Part shown: piece after piece, positions 29,481-39,042 of the stretch
Numbering within the stretch: the stretch's first letter is position 1
How the letters are laid out: each line of letters starts with the position of its first letter
Assembly: GCA_964505635.1 (NCBI GenBank)
Contig: CAZDIP010000002.1
Location: forward strand, 37,736-101,735
Source of the DNA: an uncultured Candidatus Saccharibacteria bacterium
Lineage (GTDB): Bacteria > Patescibacteriota > Doudnabacteria > UBA920
DNA: 64,000 nucleotides
Reading direction: 5' to 3'
The notes under the pieces: generated by a model
Seen by the model: only the letters and a program-made list of their open reading frames with translations
What the model was told of the DNA's origin: nothing
The model's database searches: none
Program-made: the position numbers and the translations under genes

Positions 29481-29696
29481 ATGCGTCAAATCATACAATT
29501 TGCCAATATCCTGGTCATGGTGTTATTGATTACTGTTATTGCGCTCCAAAACAAATCTTCCGGACTTTCAAATATTTTTGGAGGGGCGGGCAATATTGTA
29601 TCCACCCGGCGTGGTTTTGAAAAATGGCTATTTTACGCAACCATTGCCTTAGGCGTTCTGTTTGTGGCAATTAACATCTCTTTCCTGTTTATTTAA
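29481..29696 (+). CDS. secG: Preprotein translocase subunit SecG
   Basis: LQ...GL...FGG......TRRG.EK.L...T with two TM helices. Confidence 0.88.
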   Translation: MRQIIQFANILVMVLLITVIALQNKSSGLSNIFGGAGNIVSTRRGFEKWLFYATIALGVLFVAINISFLFI

Positions 29697-29722
29697 AAAA
29701 ACGCCTGGCCAGCCTGGCTGAC

Positions 29723-31456
29723 ATGAATGGTATTTTAGAAAATTCAACGACTTACGCGAGGCAAATTTTTGCCGGCGTAAAAGAAATAAAGCGCCTCAAC
29801 CTTTCCCGCATACGGAAAGTTTTTTCATTAATGGGCAAAAATGAAAAAAGAACGGTACTTGGCTTGGGATTACTGGCCGCTGCCAGCCTAACATGGTCTG
29901 CCTTAAACTTTTATTTAGAGCACACCGAACCGGGGGCAGGGATAGGCGGCAGTTACAAAGAAGCGCTAATAGGACAACCCGTGTACTTAAACCCTTTATT
30001 AGCCCACACCGAAACAGACCTAAGTTTAAGCAAGCTGATTTTTTCCGGCCTATATAAATATGACGGGCAGGGGCAATTAATTCCCGACTTAGCCGAGGGT
30101 ATGCCTCAAATTTCTGAAGACCAAAAAAACTACACAATTAACCTAAAACGTAACGCCAAATGGCACAATGACCAACCGGTAACGGCCGATGACATAATTT
30201 TTACCTTCCAAACCCTCAAAAATCCTGAATACAAAAGTCCGTTAAAAAATCTTTGGCAGTCTACGAACATTGAGAAGCTGAGCGATTACAGCATAAAATT
30301 CACAACTAAAGATATTTCCGGGCCCTTTATATACAATCTTACTCAAGGAATTTTGCCCAAAAATGTTTGGGAAAAAATAGAGCCTCAAAACTTCCTGTTG
30401 TTTCAGGGTAATTTAGAAGCTGTTGGCAGCGGGCAGTATGCCATTAGGGAGATAAAAAAATTAGCCAGCGGCAAAGTTCAAAGCATTAAACTAAAATCTT
30501 ACAGCAATTTCTACGGCGGAAAGCCAAAAATTGAGGAAATAACCTTTGACTTTTACGATACCGAGGAAGATGTTTTAAATGCCCTCCATAGCCGGGAAGT
30601 TACGGCATACGGCTTTATGCCTTTGGGAAGCGAGTTATATTTAGACAAAAACCAGGCTAACTTAAAAATTTATTCCTTACCGCTTCCTCAATACCAGGTT
30701 GCTTTCTTTAACCTTACCAAACCCGTTATCAGCGAAGAAGCGGTACGCAAAGCCTTGGAAAAAGCAGTTGACCGTCAAAAAATTATAGATAAAATTTTTA
30801 AAGGCGACGGGCTTTTACCAAGCTCGCCTTTAAACCCGGAAAATAAAGCCGGTGACTTTGAACCTGAACTGGCCGCGCAAATGCTTGATAAAGCCGGCTG
30901 GAAAATTGACCCCCAAACCAACATACGCAGCAAGCGCAATAGCCAATTGGAAATTACTATTGCCACTAACGACTCTCCGGCCAATGCCAAAGCCGCTGAA
31001 ATGCTGGCTGACGGATGGCGGCAACTGGGCATAAAAGTTAGCCTTAATATCCTTCCAACCAAAACGTTAACTGACGGCGTTATTAGACCAAGAAATTTTG
31101 ATGTCTTAATTTTTCCTCAAAAATTCGGACCTGACCCTGACCCTTTTGTCTTTTGGCATTCCAGTCAAGTCAAAGACCCGGGATTAAACCTGACCGGCTT
31201 TAATTCACCGGATGCGGACAAACTTATAACCCAAGCCCGTTCCACCACCCAAACCCAAATAAGACAAGCTAAATACCGTGAATTAGATAGCCTAATTTCA
31301 GGAACAGTTCCGGTAATCTACCTAAATCAAATGGTATTTTTATACGCTTTAGACGGCCAGATAAAAAATGTCAGCTTAAGCCATCTGTATGAACAGAACT
31401 ATAGGTTTTACGATGTTGGCAATTGGTATATAAATACCCGACGAGTTTGGAAATAG
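29723..31456 (+). CDS. Peptide ABC transporter substrate-binding protein (family 5)
   Basis: LNP..., PDLAE, WH...VTADD..FT, DPDP..FWHSSQ. Confidence 0.88.
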   Translation: MNGILENSTTYARQIFAGVKEIKRLNLSRIRKVFSLMGKNEKRTVLGLGLLAAASLTWSALNFYLEHTEPGAGIGGSYKEALIGQPVYLNPLLAHTETDLSLSKLIFSGLYKYDGQGQLIPDLAEGMPQISEDQKNYTINLKRNAKWHNDQPVTADDIIFTFQTLKNPEYKSPLKNLWQSTNIEKLSDYSIKFTTKDISGPFIYNLTQGILPKNVWEKIEPQNFLLFQGNLEAVGSGQYAIREIKKLASGKVQSIKLKSYSNFYGGKPKIEEITFDFYDTEEDVLNALHSREVTAYGFMPLGSELYLDKNQANLKIYSLPLPQYQVAFFNLTKPVISEEAVRKALEKAVDRQKIIDKIFKGDGLLPSSPLNPENKAGDFEPELAAQMLDKAGWKIDPQTNIRSKRNSQLEITIATNDSPANAKAAEMLADGWRQLGIKVSLNILPTKTLTDGVIRPRNFDVLIFPQKFGPDPDPFVFWHSSQVKDPGLNLTGFNSPDADKLITQARSTTQTQIRQAKYRELDSLISGTVPVIYLNQMVFLYALDGQIKNVSLSHLYEQNYRFYDVGNWYINTRRVWK

Positions 31457-31533
31457 GTTTAGGGATAAAAGCAAGTAACGATGACATCAAAACACCTTTA
31501 TGGCTTATACAAAATACTTTATACTACCTTTAT

Positions 31534-31804
31534 GCCGCGGTGGCGAAATTGACAGATTCACCCCGCACCATTTTCAAAAATATCATTCCTTGTTTAGGGC
31601 GAGTGGCGGAATTGGCATACGCGTACGTTTCAGGTACGTATGAGCGAAAGCTCGTGAGGGTTCAAGTCCCTCCTCGCCCACCAAAGTTAATTTGCCAATA
31701 AAATGGTGCGGGGCGCGTACGCTTTCCGCCTTAGTTAAAACATCGGCGGACAGGCAGGTGCGTACGACCGCAAGGTCATGAGAGTTCAAATCTCTCCCGC
31801 GGCA
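31534..31804 (+). tRNA. Interrupted tRNA-Leu (outer) with insertions in the D-arm and anticodon loop; anticodon NAG ambiguous
   Basis: Acceptor GCCGCGG/CCGCGGC-A, D-stem GCG/CGC, AC stem TACGC/GCGTA, V-arm GACC-GCAA-GGTC, T-arm GAGAG-TTCAAAT-CTCTC; TATACT -10 at 31520. Confidence 0.75.
31597..31683 (+). tRNA. tRNA-Leu(CAG), nested in the outer tRNA
   Basis: GGGCGAG...TACGT-TTCAGGT-ACGTA, long V-arm, GAGGG-TTCAAGT-CCCTC, CTCGCCC-A-CCA. Confidence 0.95.
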
Positions 31805-31860
31805 TCAGTTATACCTCTAGCTTAAACGCCCTAAAGCGATTTTCTTATAATTTTAATCTC

Positions 31861-31889
31861 TTGACAAAAAAGTAAAAAAGGCGTATAAT
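31861..31889 (+). promoter_or_regulatory. Consensus sigma70 promoter upstream of rnj
   Basis: TTGACA-N17-TATAAT. Confidence 0.8.
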
Positions 31890-32092
31890 TATATTGTTAT
31901 TTTAAGTCTAGCGAAACTAAAATTATCAAATTTCAAATAACATCTCTTTAATGATTTTATCTGTGATTTGCTAATTGCGAGCAAGTTTTAAATCCGGTCG
32001 GCCGAGTAGGCACTGGGTTAAAACGATCTTTTAGATCTTTATTTAATTTGGCCTCTACGCAAAGGGCCAGGAAAATTTATACGTAAGCAAGT

Positions 32093-34039
32093 GTGTTTGA
32101 GTTTTATGCAAACGACTCAATGACTCACGAGCAACAACTCAGTATGATTAAAAAAAATATGCCGCGGCGCTACGGACAGCACAAACCAACTTCCCATCAG
32201 CCGCACAGAAACCCAGGCGCTGCGCAACCACAGCGCCCGGTGGAATCCAAACCCGATCGTTTGGATATGCTTATTAACAAAGCAACCAGTTTGATTTCCG
32301 GTAATTTAGGCAGGCAAAACCAGGAAAATAATTTTTCCGGAAAACCCACCAGCCGCTATACCGCCTCCAGGCAAAACTTAAGGATTATTCCTATGGGAGG
32401 AGTGGAAGAAGTTGGTGAAAATATGACAGCCCTGGAATATGGCGATGACATTATTGTCATAGACATGGGTTTAGCTTTCCCCGACGACACCATGCCGGGC
32501 ATTGACTATATAATCCCGGACACCAAATGGCTGGAAGACAACAAACGCCGCATCCGCGGGGTTATAATTACCCACGGCCACTTAGACCACATAGGCGCGG
32601 TTCCCTACATTTTGCCTAAATTAGGCGACCCTCCGGTTTATACCATGGCTTTAACCGCCGGCTTTATAAAAAAACGCCTTGAAGAATTCGGGTTATTAGG
32701 CCGAAGCAAGTTAAATGTTTTAACCAAAGACGACGTATTGGCATTGGGTAATTTTAAGGTCAGATTTTTCAGGCTTAACCACTCCATTCCCGACAGTATG
32801 GGTCTTAGCATTGTCACGCCGGTAGGACAAATCATCTACGCTACAGACTGGAAATTTGACCACACCCCGGCAGACGGCAAACCCACGGAATTTGATAAAA
32901 TCGCGCGCTTTGGAGCGGAAGGCGTATTGCTTTTAATGTCCGACTCCACCAACGCGGTCAAGCCGGGCTACTGCGCTTCGGAGAGAGAAATAGGCCTAAC
33001 CATAGACAGGACTTTTTCTGACATAAAAGGAAGGGTAATTTTCGCCAACTTCTCCACCAACATTGCTCGCATTCAGCAAGTTTTTGATGCCGCGGCAAAA
33101 TACAACCGCAAAGTCATAGTTACCGGACGCAGCTTGGTAAATAATATAGAAATTGCCTTGTCTTTGGGTTATTTAAAAATCCAACCCAAAATTATTGTTA
33201 AGTCCGAACAGGCCAAAAAATTCCCCGACAACCAGATTGTAATTTTAACTACCGGCGCCCAAGGCGAAGAAGCCGCCGGCTTAGCCCGCATTGCCCGCGG
33301 CGACCATAAAACCGTTAAAATTAAAAAAGGCGATACCACCATTGTCTCCGCCTCCCCCATCCCGGGCAACGAGCGGGCCATTTCGGCCATGCTTTCCAAC
33401 CTTACCCGCTTAGGCAGCCATGTAATATACAACAAAACATTGGATATTCATACCTCCGGCCATGCCCACCAGGAAGAATTAAAGTTAATGATAGCCTTAA
33501 CCAAGCCTAAATATTTTATGCCTATTCACGGCGAACACCACATGATAGTCGCTCACGCCGAACTGGCAAAAACCATGGGCATCCCCCAGGAAAATATTTT
33601 TACTTTGGACAACGGACAAATTTTGGAAGTTGGCAGCGACCGCGTAGCCAAGCCCACCACAGACGAAAAAATTTCCTCGGGCTATGTCTTTATAGACGGC
33701 CTGGGAGTGGGTGATGTAGGCGAAGTGGTAATTCGCGACCGCCAGGTAATGGCGCAAGACGGCATGTTTGTAATAATTCTGACATTAGACCGCCGCAGCG
33801 GCAAACTAATAAACCAACCGGATATTATTTCCCGGGGCTTTATTTACATGAAAGGCAACGACGACCTAATTAGAGAAGTTAAGCATGAGGTAAGAAAGCT
33901 TACAGAAAACAAGGGTAAAGAAAAACTTGAGCCCAACTACGCTTACTTAAGAAATATTATCCGCGACGAAATCGGCGAATACCTCTACCAAAAAACCGAA
34001 AGACGCCCAATGATTTTGCCGGTCATAATTGAAATATAA
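32093..34039 (+). CDS. rnj: Ribonuclease J (start uncertain; disordered N-terminal extension)
   Basis: THGHLDHIG, NHSIPD, SGHA.QEEL, P.HGE, RRPMILPVIIEI. Confidence 0.96.
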   Translation: MFEFYANDSMTHEQQLSMIKKNMPRRYGQHKPTSHQPHRNPGAAQPQRPVESKPDRLDMLINKATSLISGNLGRQNQENNFSGKPTSRYTASRQNLRIIPMGGVEEVGENMTALEYGDDIIVIDMGLAFPDDTMPGIDYIIPDTKWLEDNKRRIRGVIITHGHLDHIGAVPYILPKLGDPPVYTMALTAGFIKKRLEEFGLLGRSKLNVLTKDDVLALGNFKVRFFRLNHSIPDSMGLSIVTPVGQIIYATDWKFDHTPADGKPTEFDKIARFGAEGVLLLMSDSTNAVKPGYCASEREIGLTIDRTFSDIKGRVIFANFSTNIARIQQVFDAAAKYNRKVIVTGRSLVNNIEIALSLGYLKIQPKIIVKSEQAKKFPDNQIVILTTGAQGEEAAGLARIARGDHKTVKIKKGDTTIVSASPIPGNERAISAMLSNLTRLGSHVIYNKTLDIHTSGHAHQEELKLMIALTKPKYFMPIHGEHHMIVAHAELAKTMGIPQENIFTLDNGQILEVGSDRVAKPTTDEKISSGYVFIDGLGVGDVGEVVIRDRQVMAQDGMFVIILTLDRRSGKLINQPDIISRGFIYMKGNDDLIREVKHEVRKLTENKGKEKLEPNYAYLRNIIRDEIGEYLYQKTERRPMILPVIIEI

Positions 34040-34047
34040 TCAAAACT

Positions 34048-34074
34048 GACCCCGCCCTTAGTAAGGGCGGGGTC
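34048..34074 (+). terminator. Intrinsic terminator after rnj
   Basis: gaccccgcccttagtaagggcggggtc hairpin. Confidence 0.7.
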
Positions 34075-34159
34075 TTTAAATGTTAATTTCCATACCCAAA
34101 CTATAAAAACACGCGCCCGCGCGTTTTGTAAGTAAAAATGTTTTTGTTATAATAAATTT

Positions 34160-35137
34160 ATGAAAAAAGAAACTTATGTAGCAGGCTGCAGGGCAACAGG
34201 CAAGCTGCATGTCGGAAACTATTTAGGCTTAATAAAGGACCTATTAACAACCCAAGAAGCTCAAAACTTGGAGCGTTTTTATTTTATTGCCGATTTACAT
34301 GCTATAACCACCCCCTTTGAGCCAAAAGAATTAAAAAGCAACACCTTAGACCTGGCGGCCAGTTATTTGGCTGCCGGCATAGACCCAAGCAAAACTGTAT
34401 TTTTTGCCCAAAATCAGGTAATGGAGCACGCGTGGCTAACTTGGATATTTAATTGCCTAATTCCTCTGGGCGAACTGGAAAGAATGACGCAATATAAAGA
34501 CAAGGCCAAACAACATAACCAAAATATAAACGCAGGGCTTTTGATTTACCCAAGCTTAATGGCAGCTGACATTTTAATTTACAAACCCACCTCTATTCCC
34601 GTTGGCGAGGATCAAATCCAGCACGTAGAGCTATCCAGGATAATAGCCAGAAAATTCAACAACAAATTCGGCCAAACTTTTCCGGAACCGAAAACCTACC
34701 TTAGAAAACCGTTAAGGATAATGTCCTTAACCGACCCAACCAAAAAAATGAGCAAAACCGGAGACGAAGCTTTGTTGCTTGACGACGAACCAAAAGAAAT
34801 TGCCCGCAAATTAAAAAAAGCAGTTACGGCTTCTGAGCCAGGTAAAAAAAGCCCGGGCGAAGAAAATTTGATGCTTTTGCTTTCTCATTTCGGAAAAGAA
34901 GATTCTATAAGATATTTCACCGAAGCCCAAAATACCGGCAAATTAAAATACTCGGAACTAAAAGAAACACTGGCAGAAAGCATTTCCGGCTATTTTGCGG
35001 AATTTCGGGAAAAGAAAAAAGATCTGCTGGCCAAGCCGGACCACCTAGCCCAGGTTTTGGGAGACGGCGCACAAAAAGCGCGCGAAGTTGCCGGCCAAAC
35101 CTTAGTAGAAGTCAAACAAAAAATTGGTCTTTTATAA
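34160..35137 (+). CDS. trpS: Tryptophan--tRNA ligase
   Basis: G.LHVGNY.G, YP.LMAADIL, PVGEDQ.QH.EL, KMSK. Confidence 0.96.
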   Translation: MKKETYVAGCRATGKLHVGNYLGLIKDLLTTQEAQNLERFYFIADLHAITTPFEPKELKSNTLDLAASYLAAGIDPSKTVFFAQNQVMEHAWLTWIFNCLIPLGELERMTQYKDKAKQHNQNINAGLLIYPSLMAADILIYKPTSIPVGEDQIQHVELSRIIARKFNNKFGQTFPEPKTYLRKPLRIMSLTDPTKKMSKTGDEALLLDDEPKEIARKLKKAVTASEPGKKSPGEENLMLLLSHFGKEDSIRYFTEAQNTGKLKYSELKETLAESISGYFAEFREKKKDLLAKPDHLAQVLGDGAQKAREVAGQTLVEVKQKIGLL

Positions 35138-35191
35138 ACACTAGCCCCCGCCTTTGCGGGGGTTTTTGTTTACAAAAGAAAGGAGGCTGCT

Positions 35192-35515
35192 ATGCCAAGT
35201 TGGGCAACGCAGTTTTTGGAAATTCATTTCCAGAAGCCCTGCGAAGCAGTACTTCTGGAACAACAAACACCAGATGTCTGGTGTGGATTAAATATCTGTC
35301 ACACTCGGCCTCACAGACACCATAACATTCTTATCTTGTTGGTTTATGGTGGTACATTTGACCCTTCCACAATACCTCCCTCAGTGACCATAATAAAAAA
35401 AGTAGAATTCAAGCAAAACGGTCACCTACCGAATTTTGAATGGCCTGACTGGAAACATAGTCAGCTACAAAAACCAGTCATTCTATTTGAAAGGAATTCA
35501 CATGCAAGAACTTGA
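35192..35515 (+). CDS. Orphan hypothetical protein
   Basis: AAGGAGG SD before ATG; 107 aa. Confidence 0.55.
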   Translation: MPSWATQFLEIHFQKPCEAVLLEQQTPDVWCGLNICHTRPHRHHNILILLVYGGTFDPSTIPPSVTIIKKVEFKQNGHLPNFEWPDWKHSQLQKPVILFERNSHART

Positions 35516-35769
35516 GTTCGTGTATGAATTTCAAAAGCCAGAAGAAGCGCAGGCCGCGCTCGGCCACCTCTCGTGGCTGCAGTTTAACGGACACAACGTG
35601 TCCGGCTGCGCCGAAAACGGCTCTTCCGTCACCATCACGGTCTGGTTTCGCCGCCACGACCCAGATCAAGTAGAAGAGCTCCGCAACGAGCTCGGCGCCT
35701 TAAGCGCCACCCCCGCCCAACCGACGCAAAACGACGATCGCCCCCAAGCGACCGCCGTTTTCATTTTGT

Positions 35770-37125
35770 TTACTTAAATTTTTCTATCTGTTCCGTGACT
35801 TCCTTGGTTTTATTTTCAAGCAAATCCTTACTGCTCGCCTCAACGTTCAGCCTAATTAACGGTTCAGTGTTGGAGGCGCGCAAATTAAATCTCCACTCCG
35901 GGTAATTAAAATCCACGCCGTCAATCTCATCTATTTTAGCATCGGCATAAAAACTTTTAATGCCCGCTAAAGTTTGTTTTAAATCTCTAACTTTAAAATT
36001 TATTTCCTCTGAAATAAAAAATTTCTCTCTAAGCGGAGCCAACACTTCCGAAAAAGCCCTGTCCGCCTGCGACAAAATATCCAAAACAGCCAAAAAAGGA
36101 ATCAGTCCGTTGTCCAAATAAAAATTTTCCTTAAAAAAATAATGCCCCGAAGTTTCGCAGCCAAATACCACATCTTCTTTTATCATCCGCTCTTTTATAA
36201 ACGAATGCCCGGCCTTGTTCATAACCGAAACACCTTTATTTTTTTCCACCAGATAATCTATAACCCTCACTACCCGTGTGTCGTGAAGTATTTTCCCGCC
36301 GGGGTATTTTTTTAAATAGTACTCGGCCAATAAAGCATTTATGTATGCCGGGGTAACAAACTCCCCTTTTTGGTCAAAACAAAAAAACCGGTCAGCATCC
36401 CCGTCCCAGGCCACGCCCAAGTCAGGCTTGTGTTCTTTTATAGCCTCTATAGTTTCTGCCCGGTTGGAAGGAAGCAAAGGATCGGAAGGACCTTTGGGAA
36501 AATTGCCGTCCAAATGGCCGTTTAAAACTTCCACAAATTCCACCGGCAAAATAGTTTTTAATTTTTCTATGGCCGGATTAATCATGCCGAAATTGGCGTT
36601 AGCCACAATCTTAAAAGGTTTAATGCGGCTAATATTAAAGCTTTTTAAGACATGATTGTAATACGCTTCGGTAATGTCCGCCTTTTCAACACTTCCCCTG
36701 TTTGGCAAATCTTCTAAAAGCTGGCCGGAAATGACCATATCCCGAATTTGGTAAATGCCGCTGTCTCCGGAAATTGGCCTGCCTTTTTCCCTGACCATTT
36801 TTAACCCGCCATATTCCTTGGGGTTGTGGCTGGCGGTAATTTGGATGCCCCCGTCAACCGGCAAAGTCGCAGCCGCAAAATACAGCTGGTCAGTGGACAC
36901 CAGGCCAATGTCTATAACATCAACACCGGTCTTAGTCAGACTGTCTATGGCTGCTGCCTTAAACTCAGCCCCGGAAAGCCTCATGTCACAACCCACCACA
37001 ACCTTTTTTGGCTTTAAAAAAGCCGCGTAAGCCCTGGCTATCTTATATACAATATCCGCATTGATTTGCGTAGGATATACCCCCCGAATGTCATAGGCCT
37101 TAAAAATACTTTGATCTATATTCAT
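35770..37125 (-). CDS. Phosphomannomutase/phosphoglucomutase
   Basis: FKAYDIRG, TASHNP, DGDADR, GCE.SGH, R.SNTEP. Confidence 0.95.
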   Translation of the reverse strand: MNIDQSIFKAYDIRGVYPTQINADIVYKIARAYAAFLKPKKVVVGCDMRLSGAEFKAAAIDSLTKTGVDVIDIGLVSTDQLYFAAATLPVDGGIQITASHNPKEYGGLKMVREKGRPISGDSGIYQIRDMVISGQLLEDLPNRGSVEKADITEAYYNHVLKSFNISRIKPFKIVANANFGMINPAIEKLKTILPVEFVEVLNGHLDGNFPKGPSDPLLPSNRAETIEAIKEHKPDLGVAWDGDADRFFCFDQKGEFVTPAYINALLAEYYLKKYPGGKILHDTRVVRVIDYLVEKNKGVSVMNKAGHSFIKERMIKEDVVFGCETSGHYFFKENFYLDNGLIPFLAVLDILSQADRAFSEVLAPLREKFFISEEINFKVRDLKQTLAGIKSFYADAKIDEIDGVDFNYPEWRFNLRASNTEPLIRLNVEASSKDLLENKTKEVTEQIEKFK

Positions 37126-37224
37126 AAACTTATTTTAACATAAAATACAACAGGCAGGCTTTGTCCTAAGGCACGCTCACGCGCCCCGAACAAAGCCTGC
37201 CCTGCAAAGATAATTCAATGAAGA

Positions 37225-37494
37225 TTACGCGTTATTGCGACTTGCGGCTTTTGACCACTCCGCGTAAGTCCCAAACACTGTCAGTTTCCCAACCTGCACC
37301 CGAATCTTCTTATGAGGCCCCACACCCTCACCCTGCGGACGAAAATGCCCATAAGATTCCACCGCGCGATGCAGCAGTCCGTTTTCACATTGAGAAATAT
37401 GAACGGGTTCTGGTTCGTGTCCCCTAGTCAACTTCTTTCGCAGTCTAGAGGGAAACACATCTCCATCCTCATCTCCAAGAGAATACATTCTCAT
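37225..37494 (-). CDS. Orphan hypothetical protein
   Basis: GGAGG SD before ATG 37494; own TTGACG-N17-TAAAAT promoter. Confidence 0.55.
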   Translation of the reverse strand: MRMYSLGDEDGDVFPSRLRKKLTRGHEPEPVHISQCENGLLHRAVESYGHFRPQGEGVGPHKKIRVQVGKLTVFGTYAEWSKAASRNNA

Positions 37495-37994
37495 ACAATC
37501 CTCCAACTGATTCTACACTAGATCAGCGCCCAAAGAGCGCTCAAACGTCTACTATTTTATTCCTATTCTCCCAAACCGTCAACAGTGGATAAATTGTCTT
37601 GCGCGGAAAAATAAACAGGAATATATTAAAAATGTTATGATCTACCGCACTGCTAAGATGCGCAACCTACTTTTTTGGCTACGGCGCCGCAGGGCGCCAG
37701 CAAGGAGGCTCACATGAGACACGCGAAAACCCCCTTTCGTGGGTAACTGAGGCAGTGAAAGTCTCGCCTAAATAATATATTCTACAAGGCGAGGCAAATA
37801 GCACTCTAACCCACGAAAGGGGGTGATCACAAGCAATACGGGGCAATCCCCGGGCGCACCGCTACCTTGTCGGTCGCGCCTTTTCTTTTTACCAAAATAA
37901 AAACCGCCTTTGGCGCGGATATCGGGCGGTTCCAAAGCGTTGGAACCGCCCCTCTTGCATCCTTACAGACGCTTATTTACTCCCGAGCTTCACC

Positions 37995-38768
37995 CTAGTT
38001 AGTCAGAGTAAAATTCACGTCTATTTGCGTAACCACCTCCACCGCTTCCCCGTTAAGGAGCGTGGGGCGGTAAACCCACTGCCTTACTGCGTCTATGGCA
38101 GCGGGCACAAGCAGCGCGTGGCCTGACACAAGCTTAAGCTCCGAAATGGTGCCGTCACGGCGAATTATAGCCGTAAGCCGCACTAATCCCGAAACCCTGC
38201 TTGCTTTGGCCAATGCCGGGTACAATGGTTTTGGCTGAAAAACAAGCTGCGCGGCCATTACCTCGCCTCCCCTTTTAACCCTTACGGGTTCTTCGAAAGG
38301 CTTAGGTTTTGGCTGTGCTACAACCTGCTCTTTTGGCGGGGACGGAATACCTGCAACATTCCCGCATACCGCCTCGGGACAAAAAGGAACGCTGCCGCTG
38401 CCAGGACTGGTTGCGTGCCCGTAAACCAATTCCGGTGCTCCAAGCTCCCGGTCATTAATTTCCGCCACTTGAGCGGGAATTCTTGACGGAGCCGTAAACA
38501 CCTTAGTCGGCCTAACTGCAACAACCTGCTCCTGGTTTGAGCTGTTTGGACTCCTCGCCCCGTCTTGCTTTACAGTCTCCGGTTTTTGCGCCGGCAACTG
38601 CGTCAGCTCAACAGGGAGAAAAATCCTTTCCTTCTGTCTTGCGGGCTTAACCGCGCCCTTAACGCTGCTGGCCAAAACCAACAACGCCAAAACAGCCATT
38701 ACCACTACCACAGCCATTGGAAAACTCCACCGGCTGCCTGTTTTGTACGACAAATTGTTTTCGAACAT
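37995..38768 (-). CDS. Energy transducer TonB-family protein
   Basis: N-terminal TM, Pro-rich linker, TonB_C: P.YP.LA...RV.G.V.L...I..DG......SGH..L..AA.DAV.QW.Y.P...G..V.V...I.V.F.L. Confidence 0.9.
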   Translation of the reverse strand: MFENNLSYKTGSRWSFPMAVVVVMAVLALLVLASSVKGAVKPARQKERIFLPVELTQLPAQKPETVKQDGARSPNSSNQEQVVAVRPTKVFTAPSRIPAQVAEINDRELGAPELVYGHATSPGSGSVPFCPEAVCGNVAGIPSPPKEQVVAQPKPKPFEEPVRVKRGGEVMAAQLVFQPKPLYPALAKASRVSGLVRLTAIIRRDGTISELKLVSGHALLVPAAIDAVRQWVYRPTLLNGEAVEVVTQIDVNFTLTN

Positions 38769-39042
38769 CTTCTTAACCCTCCTAACAGGTTTTAAAGATG
38801 CCCACTTCAGGCCAGCTGTTCCACCTCTATACTCCTCTAGGCGCTCAGTGCTTTAAGGATACCGTTTCTGCCGGTGAGAGGATGGCCTTAGCCCAAAGTT
38901 TGCGCAGGGGGTGTTTAGCCCCGTAGCTTTCTTTAATTTAAGAATACACCCGTTATATTTTTAGTCAAATAAATGCCAAAATAATACTTGGCTAAACTGA
39001 TTTTGTGTTTTATACTATTCACTGATCATTAAACACTAGAAC

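Noticed and set aside
31423-31789. ORFs 31423-31701 (+) and 31583-31789 (-)
   Set aside because: They overlap the tRNA structures and are shadow ORFs.
35436-35777. Second orphan ORF after 35192 (likely ATG near 35501)
   Set aside because: Possibly real, but the start is uncertain, it overlaps both neighbours and has no motif, so it is not listed as a feature.
37747-37800. Hammerhead ribozyme or RNase P (ctgag...gaaagtc)
   Set aside because: Lacks CUGANGA with stem II and the RNase P conserved regions.
38769-38940. Cobalamin or other riboswitch upstream of tonB
   Set aside because: Long leader but no B12-box or other recognisable aptamer consensus.
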